A DNA stretch of 33,093 nucleotides from Nitrososphaerales archaeon (GTDB lineage: Archaea > Thermoproteota > Nitrososphaeria > Nitrososphaerales > JACAEJ01): positions 1 through 33,093 of the forward strand of contig JBNAWJ010000022.1 of assembly GCA_049699795.1 (NCBI GenBank). Direction: 5' to 3'. The number at the start of each line of letters is the position of its first letter. Within the stretch, counting starts at the first letter, position 1. Positions 28,402-33,093 of this stretch are shown piece after piece. The notes under the pieces were generated by a model. The model was not told the DNA's origin, ran no database searches, and saw only the letters and a program-made list of their open reading frames with translations. The translations under genes were made by a program, and so were the position numbers.

Positions 28402-30228
28402 TCACCATACCTTATATTCTGATGCTATCTTGTTCAACTCCCCAATGACCTCGTCCATCAATTTCTCTATTACTGATAACTCTTTCGCTTCCTCCTTGAC
28501 CCTGATCATCTTTGAAATCTGCGGGATCGACCTTATCCTTTCGACAGGAACTCTGCTCAAGATCAGACTTTTTGCCTTTCTATGAAAATCGATCATCATC
28601 CTCAAAAGCAATGCTTGCTTCTCTGGTTCACAGAAAGCATCAATATCATGATAAGCGTGCTGTCTTAGAAAGCCTTCTTTCAAAAGCTCTGCAGTAAGGA
28701 GAATGAGCCTCTGATCATCAGGCAAAGCACTTTCACCTATGATTCTTGCTATAGACTCTATCTCTGCTGCTGTACTCAATATGGTAAGGGCTTCACCTCT
28801 GTATTCAGGAAAAGCCTCAAAGGTTTCTTTCCACCACTCGATGACCTTATGTGAGTATTGAGATATACTCTCAAGCTTCGGTGCCAGAGTCATACTATCT
28901 GCGAGACGGCTAGAGTAGAGGCTGTAGCTCCTAAGCCAGTTTATGGCTGGAAAATGCCTGCTGTAAGCAAGTTCAGCATCAAGAGCCCAAAATACTCCAG
29001 TGAATCTGAGGGTGTGTATCGTGACAGGCTCGTTGAAGTCTCCACCTGGTGGTGAAACTGCGCCCATAAGAGTTACAGACCCTTCCCTCTCAGGCTTTCC
29101 TAGAACTTTTACCCTTCCAGCCCTTTCGTAGAATTCTGCTACTCTATCAGGAAGATAGGCAGGATAGCCTTGTTCGACGGGCATCTCTTCTAATCTACCA
29201 GATATTTCTCTTAGCGCTTCAGCCCATCTTGATGTTGAATCTGCCATCAAGGCTGTATCATAGCCCATATCTCTATAGTATTCTGCCATTGTCACGCCCA
29301 TGTATATGCTGGCTTCTCTAGCCGATACAGGCATGTTGCTAGTATTGGCAATGAGTATGGTCCTTTCCATAAGAGGTCTACCCGTTCTAGGGTCTTTTAG
29401 CTCAGGGAAATCTGTTAAAACTTCACACATTTCGTTGCCTCTTTCACCACAACCAATGTAAACAACAACCTTTGCTTCACTCCACTTTGCAAGCTGGTGA
29501 AGCATTACAGTCTTTCCTGTTCCAAACCCTCCAGGTATACATGCTGCTCCACCCTTGCTTACAGGGAAAAATGTATCTATGACCCTCTGACCCGTTATTA
29601 AGGGCGTAGTCAATGGTAATCTCTCATGATAAGGCCTTGGTATTCTTACTGGCCATTCTTGGTACATCTTTAGACCGATCTTTTCTCCATTCGACTTTAT
29701 TACAGCGATATCATCATCGACCTTAAATTCCCCTTCTTCAATTTTGACTATTTCGCCTTTCACTCCGACTGGGACTAGGATCTTATGTTTGATCGCTTGA
29801 GTCTCGTCAACTTCACCTATTATATCCCCTTCACTAACCATCGTTCCAGTTTTCACTGTAGGCTTGAAGAGCCATTTAGCCTTACGTGATAAAGCGTTAA
29901 CCTTGACTCCTCTACCTATCAAAGGACCTTGTAATCTTATTATTTCTTCTAGAGGCCTTTCTATCCCATCGAATACGTTATTTAAGAGCCCTGGACCTAG
30001 TTCAGCAACTAACTTTTTACCAGTCGCAACAACCTTTTCGCCAGGCCTTATACCACTGGTCATCTCATAAACTTGAACTGTAAAAAGTTTACCAGATTCG
30101 TCTATCCTGATGACTTCTCCTATTAAGCCCTCTTCTCCAACTTCAACAACCTCTCCTATAAAAACATCCTCGATTCCTGAAGCGACGATTACGGACCCTG
30201 TTATGCGTTCTATTTCTCCTTTTCTCAT
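28402..30228 (-). CDS. atpA: A/V-type ATP synthase subunit A
   Basis: P-loop [45 protein letters not shown]; no intein. Confidence 0.98.
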   Translation of the reverse strand: MRKGEIERITGSVIVASGIEDVFIGEVVEVGEEGLIGEVIRIDESGKLFTVQVYEMTSGIRPGEKVVATGKKLVAELGPGLLNNVFDGIERPLEEIIRLQGPLIGRGVKVNALSRKAKWLFKPTVKTGTMVSEGDIIGEVDETQAIKHKILVPVGVKGEIVKIEEGEFKVDDDIAVIKSNGEKIGLKMYQEWPVRIPRPYHERLPLTTPLITGQRVIDTFFPVSKGGAACIPGGFGTGKTVMLHQLAKWSEAKVVVYIGCGERGNEMCEVLTDFPELKDPRTGRPLMERTILIANTSNMPVSAREASIYMGVTMAEYYRDMGYDTALMADSTSRWAEALREISGRLEEMPVEQGYPAYLPDRVAEFYERAGRVKVLGKPEREGSVTLMGAVSPPGGDFNEPVTIHTLRFTGVFWALDAELAYSRHFPAINWLRSYSLYSSRLADSMTLAPKLESISQYSHKVIEWWKETFEAFPEYRGEALTILSTAAEIESIARIIGESALPDDQRLILLTAELLKEGFLRQHAYHDIDAFCEPEKQALLLRMMIDFHRKAKSLILSRVPVERIRSIPQISKMIRVKEEAKELSVIEKLMDEVIGELNKIASEYKVW

Positions 30229-30861
30229 CTAACTTCCCTCCTCAAATAGCATGGTCAAGAGTTTTCCCTTTGACTCTTCAAACGTTCTACTTAACCTAGC
30301 CTCAAAGGTGTTATTGTAAATCTGTTTACCATCCTTTGAATATACTATGACTCCACCAATGGTATCGATGGGTTTATTGTCTAATTCTATGTCCACCTCA
30401 TTCTTCTTCATCTTTGAAATAATGCCTCTTATAGCCTGAAGGTTCTTTCTTAAAGCGTCAAGATCACTTTTGTTCGCAGAAATCTTCACTTCTTTACTAT
30501 CGATGTTAGACACTGCTTCTACTGTTAGATCCGTAAGTATTTCCTGATACTTTTCACTCATTTTACTTGATGAAAAACTTTTCAACCTTTTTTCAACCTC
30601 ATCCAACACTCTCTTTAAGAACTCTTCCTTGACATCCATGACCTTTTTTCTTCCATCCATTTTTGCAAAGGAAATTCCTGCCTTCTCCTTTTCGTCCATC
30701 TCTTTCTTTATTTTTTTAAGTTTCTCATCTTTTATTTGAGCAGCCTTAATCTCAGCCTCTTCGATCATCTTCTTGGCAGTGTTTTCAGCCTCGCCTATGA
30801 TCTTCTTCACTTCCTCATCCGCTTTACTTCTAATGTAAGTTTTAAGTTCTTCTTTACTCAT
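30229..30861 (-). CDS. atpE: A/V-type ATP synthase subunit E
   Basis: Charged coiled-coil N-terminus; IGGVIV...YNNTFEARL. Confidence 0.9.
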   Translation of the reverse strand: MSKEELKTYIRSKADEEVKKIIGEAENTAKKMIEEAEIKAAQIKDEKLKKIKKEMDEKEKAGISFAKMDGRKKVMDVKEEFLKRVLDEVEKRLKSFSSSKMSEKYQEILTDLTVEAVSNIDSKEVKISANKSDLDALRKNLQAIRGIISKMKKNEVDIELDNKPIDTIGGVIVYSKDGKQIYNNTFEARLSRTFEESKGKLLTMLFEEGS

Positions 30862-31177
30862 GCTTAACACCTAAAACCTTCTCCAAAATAAAGTCTGCGA
30901 CCTTACTCAAGTTTTTATCAGCCTTTTTAGATAGCTTCTCACATTCATCCTCAAACTGCTTCAATATCATCTTCTTCTTCTCGCCTATCTCTCTTATCCT
31001 TTCCTCGATAAGATCTTGGAAGGACGCTTCTTTTTGAGCCTTTTCTACGATTTCCATCGCTCTTCTTTTTGCATCTTCTAAGATTTCGTCGGCTTTCTTC
31101 TTTGCTTCTTCCAAAGCCTTCTCAGCCTTCTTCTCTTCTTCAATAAGCTCTGTTAACTCTAGAGTCATAACCATCAC
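30854..31177 (-). CDS. atpH: A/V-type ATP synthase peripheral stalk subunit H (G)
   Basis: E/K/A-rich coiled coil (EEEKKAEKALEEAKKKADEILEDAK) between F and E. Confidence 0.75.
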   Translation of the reverse strand: MMVMTLELTELIEEEKKAEKALEEAKKKADEILEDAKRRAMEIVEKAQKEASFQDLIEERIREIGEKKKMILKQFEDECEKLSKKADKNLSKVADFILEKVLGVKHE

Positions 31178-31488
31178 TCGAGTTTAAGCCTCACCCCAAC
31201 TGCTTGGCTCACAAGGAAATAGAGTTCATGTAACCTTTCACCCTTGGGTCCTTCTAAACCCGGCACGATGGCAAAGATAGGATAAACTTTTCCCCTCCAT
31301 TTCTCTCTGTCTTTCTTCAACTTTATCGCCATGCTTTCTGAAATAACTACTATTTTACATTTTTCTTCCTTAATGAGCTCTTCTATCTTGTCTCTAGCTT
31401 CTTCTTCATTTTTTACCACATGACCTGAGACTCCTGCCAATCTAAAGTTTGTAACGAAGAACTCATCGCCTAAAACTACTATGCTCAT
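31174..31488 (-). CDS. atpF: A/V-type ATP synthase subunit F
   Basis: IVVLGDE.FV.NFRLAGV...P...AVGV. Confidence 0.92.
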   Translation of the reverse strand: MSIVVLGDEFFVTNFRLAGVSGHVVKNEEEARDKIEELIKEEKCKIVVISESMAIKLKKDREKWRGKVYPIFAIVPGLEGPKGERLHELYFLVSQAVGVRLKLE

Positions 31489-31632
31489 AACTGTCCCTTC
31501 GGCTTTATTCGCAGTACCATTGTTATATAAAAGTTACTTAAATTAGAGAGAGATAGAGTTTTTCTGAGTAATTCTACAAATAATATTGTAGCTAAAAAAG
31601 TATAATTAAGCAATTTATCTTTATCCATCTTC

Positions 31633-32088
31633 ATGAGCGAAGAGCAACTTGTTGTTAGGAAGATAAAAGAGGGAACTGTTTTAGATCATGTTGAGCAAGG
31701 GAGGGCTCTAAAGGTATTAGAAGCCTTGAATATAGATGGTAAAGATGGCAATGTAGTAACAGTGGCCATGAATGTATCCAGCAAAAAACTTGGTAAGAAA
31801 GACATAATAAAGATAGAGAACAGGTTTCTGAAGCCAGAAGAGACGAACAGAATAGCCCTAATAGCTCCTAAAGCAACTGCAAATCTAATAAGAAATTATC
31901 AAGTTGTAGAGAAGAGAAAGGTAGAGATTCCAGATAAATTTGTTGATGTGTTTAAATGCCCAAACCCAACATGTATATCTAATTCTAACGAGCCTATATC
32001 ACACATAATAGATGTTGTAAAAAAGGATCCACCTACCCTTAAGTGCAGATACTGTGGTAGATTGCTCTCACCGAACGAATTAATTTAG
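31633..32088 (+). CDS. pyrI: Aspartate carbamoyltransferase regulatory subunit
   Basis: IKEGTVLDH, KKDIIKIE, CPNPTCISN, CRYC. Confidence 0.97.
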   Translation: MSEEQLVVRKIKEGTVLDHVEQGRALKVLEALNIDGKDGNVVTVAMNVSSKKLGKKDIIKIENRFLKPEETNRIALIAPKATANLIRNYQVVEKRKVEIPDKFVDVFKCPNPTCISNSNEPISHIIDVVKKDPPTLKCRYCGRLLSPNELI

Positions 32089-32108
32089 CACTATCAATCT
32101 AAAGAAGG

Positions 32109-32230
32109 GTTCTGTTAACTTAACTATGATGAGTTAACTTCCCCGCATCGAGTCGACGGATTAGGCCTAAGCCGTTCCGCCATCATCCCTTCAAATGCGA
32201 GGCCGTTAGGGCCGAACCTCAGCCCTCTAG
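32109..32230 (-). ncRNA. Putative TnpB omegaRNA scaffold / IS200-IS605 right end
   Basis: Minus strand: hairpin GGGCTGAGGTTCGGCCC (32209-32225), long-range pair CCTCGCAT/ATGCGGGG (32195-32202 / 32141-32148), terminal hairpin GTTAACT..AGTTAAC (32114-32138), then AGAAC. Boundaries are inferred. Confidence 0.55.
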
Positions 32231-33093
32231 CTAGGATATTCCTAGCTGCGTTTAAATCTCTATCTATTGAGATTTTACATTTCGGACACCAGAGCTGCCT
32301 ATCCGTGCTGTTCGGGTTTAACCTTGACCCACATATCGCACATAGGCTCGATGTGCCTTTGGCATCCACATAGATTACTTTCAATCCTTCCCATTTCGCT
32401 TTATACTCGATCTGTCTTTGAAGCTCATAATAACTCCAAGAGTTCATTCTTGCTCTATAATTTCTTCCTTGACCATTCCCTTTTCGATACAGCTTTCTTA
32501 TTCCTTTTAACTTCTCCATAACTATGCCGTAGCCCTTTTCCTTAGCCTCCATCACGATATCCTTAGAAACCTTGTGCAGTCTTTGAATAACCCTATCCCT
32601 CTCAAGCCTGCCATATTTTGAAAATATCCATCTTCTTATCCTTACATCATTCCTTCTGAGGCGGGACTTCACAACTCTATAAACAGACTTGATCTTGGTG
32701 CATTCTGATAGGTCGTATTTGATGACTTCACCGTCGCTCGTAGCTATGGTTACGTTATCAAGGTTTCTATCCAGCCCTACGTATCCGCTCGGCTCCACCT
32801 CAGCCGTCCCTTTCGAGAAGCTGATGGTTAGCGTGCTAGCGGTCAGTGTGATGGAGCCGAGTTTTAGACCAGGGTTGGATAGAACCTTCTTCACATACTC
32901 ATTTAAAGGTGTCTCTATGTATCTTCTTGGCTGAATAGGTAGTTTTAACAGCCCGTCTTTGATGGTATAAGCTTGATTGCCTAATGAGGCAAAAGGTTTG
33001 ACCACGTAGGGTCTTCTAACCTCCTTAACCTTTCTCTTGGTCTTTCTGTAGTTTTTGAGTATAGCACAAGCCTTCTCTACTGCACCAAGAATA
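32124..33093 (-). mobile_element. tnpB: IS200/IS605-family RNA-guided endonuclease TnpB (5' part outside the window)
   Basis: RuvC-I VGLDRN, RuvC-II IVMEKL, zinc finger CAICG..CPKC, RuvC-III DRDLNAARNI. The frame stays open from 33005 to the window edge (ILGAVEKACAILKNYRK...). Confidence 0.93.

Noticed and set aside
32089-32230. CRISPR array or Cas12f locus near the RuvC protein
   Set aside because: No repeat-spacer array or cas genes in the window; the 3' structure fits an IS right end. The region upstream of the gene is not visible.

Overview
Archaeal genomic window. TATA-box promoters, many leaderless or TTG/GTG starts, an A/V-type ATP synthase and an HTH-NrdD-like fusion suggest a TACK archaeon, possibly Nitrososphaerota (inference). 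Left to right: (1) a patchwork of gene fragments (Zn-ribbon stub, tyrosine-integrase fragment, winged-HTH C-terminus); (2) a 14-gene minus-strand cobamide uptake/salvage run (transcription order SPASM radical SAM, btuF, four-gene cassette, btuCD, cobD, cbiP, cbiB, cbiZ-cobZ, cobS, cobY), in which btuF is separated from btuCD by an AT-rich, translationally coupled cassette (glycoside-hydrolase-like protein, radical SAM, second CbiZ, radical SAM); (3) a vapBC module bracketed by an exact 70-bp direct repeat that duplicates a divergent promoter region and both start codons; (4) an ArsR-HTH + ATP-cone + apparently catalytically dead class III RNR fusion, directly upstream of an intein-containing B12-dependent class II RNR (nrdJ); (5) pyrB, a 46-aa C2H2 zinc-finger microprotein absent from the ORF track, a split convergent ATP synthase cluster (IK / FHEABDC) and pyrI; (6) the 3' part of a TnpB gene with a recognisable right end/omegaRNA. 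Best novelty candidates: the pseudo-NrdD regulator between the B12 supply and B12 demand genes, and the uncharacterised cassette inside the btu operon. No tRNA, rRNA or CRISPR array was seen. All family assignments come from motifs read by eye; no database searches were run.
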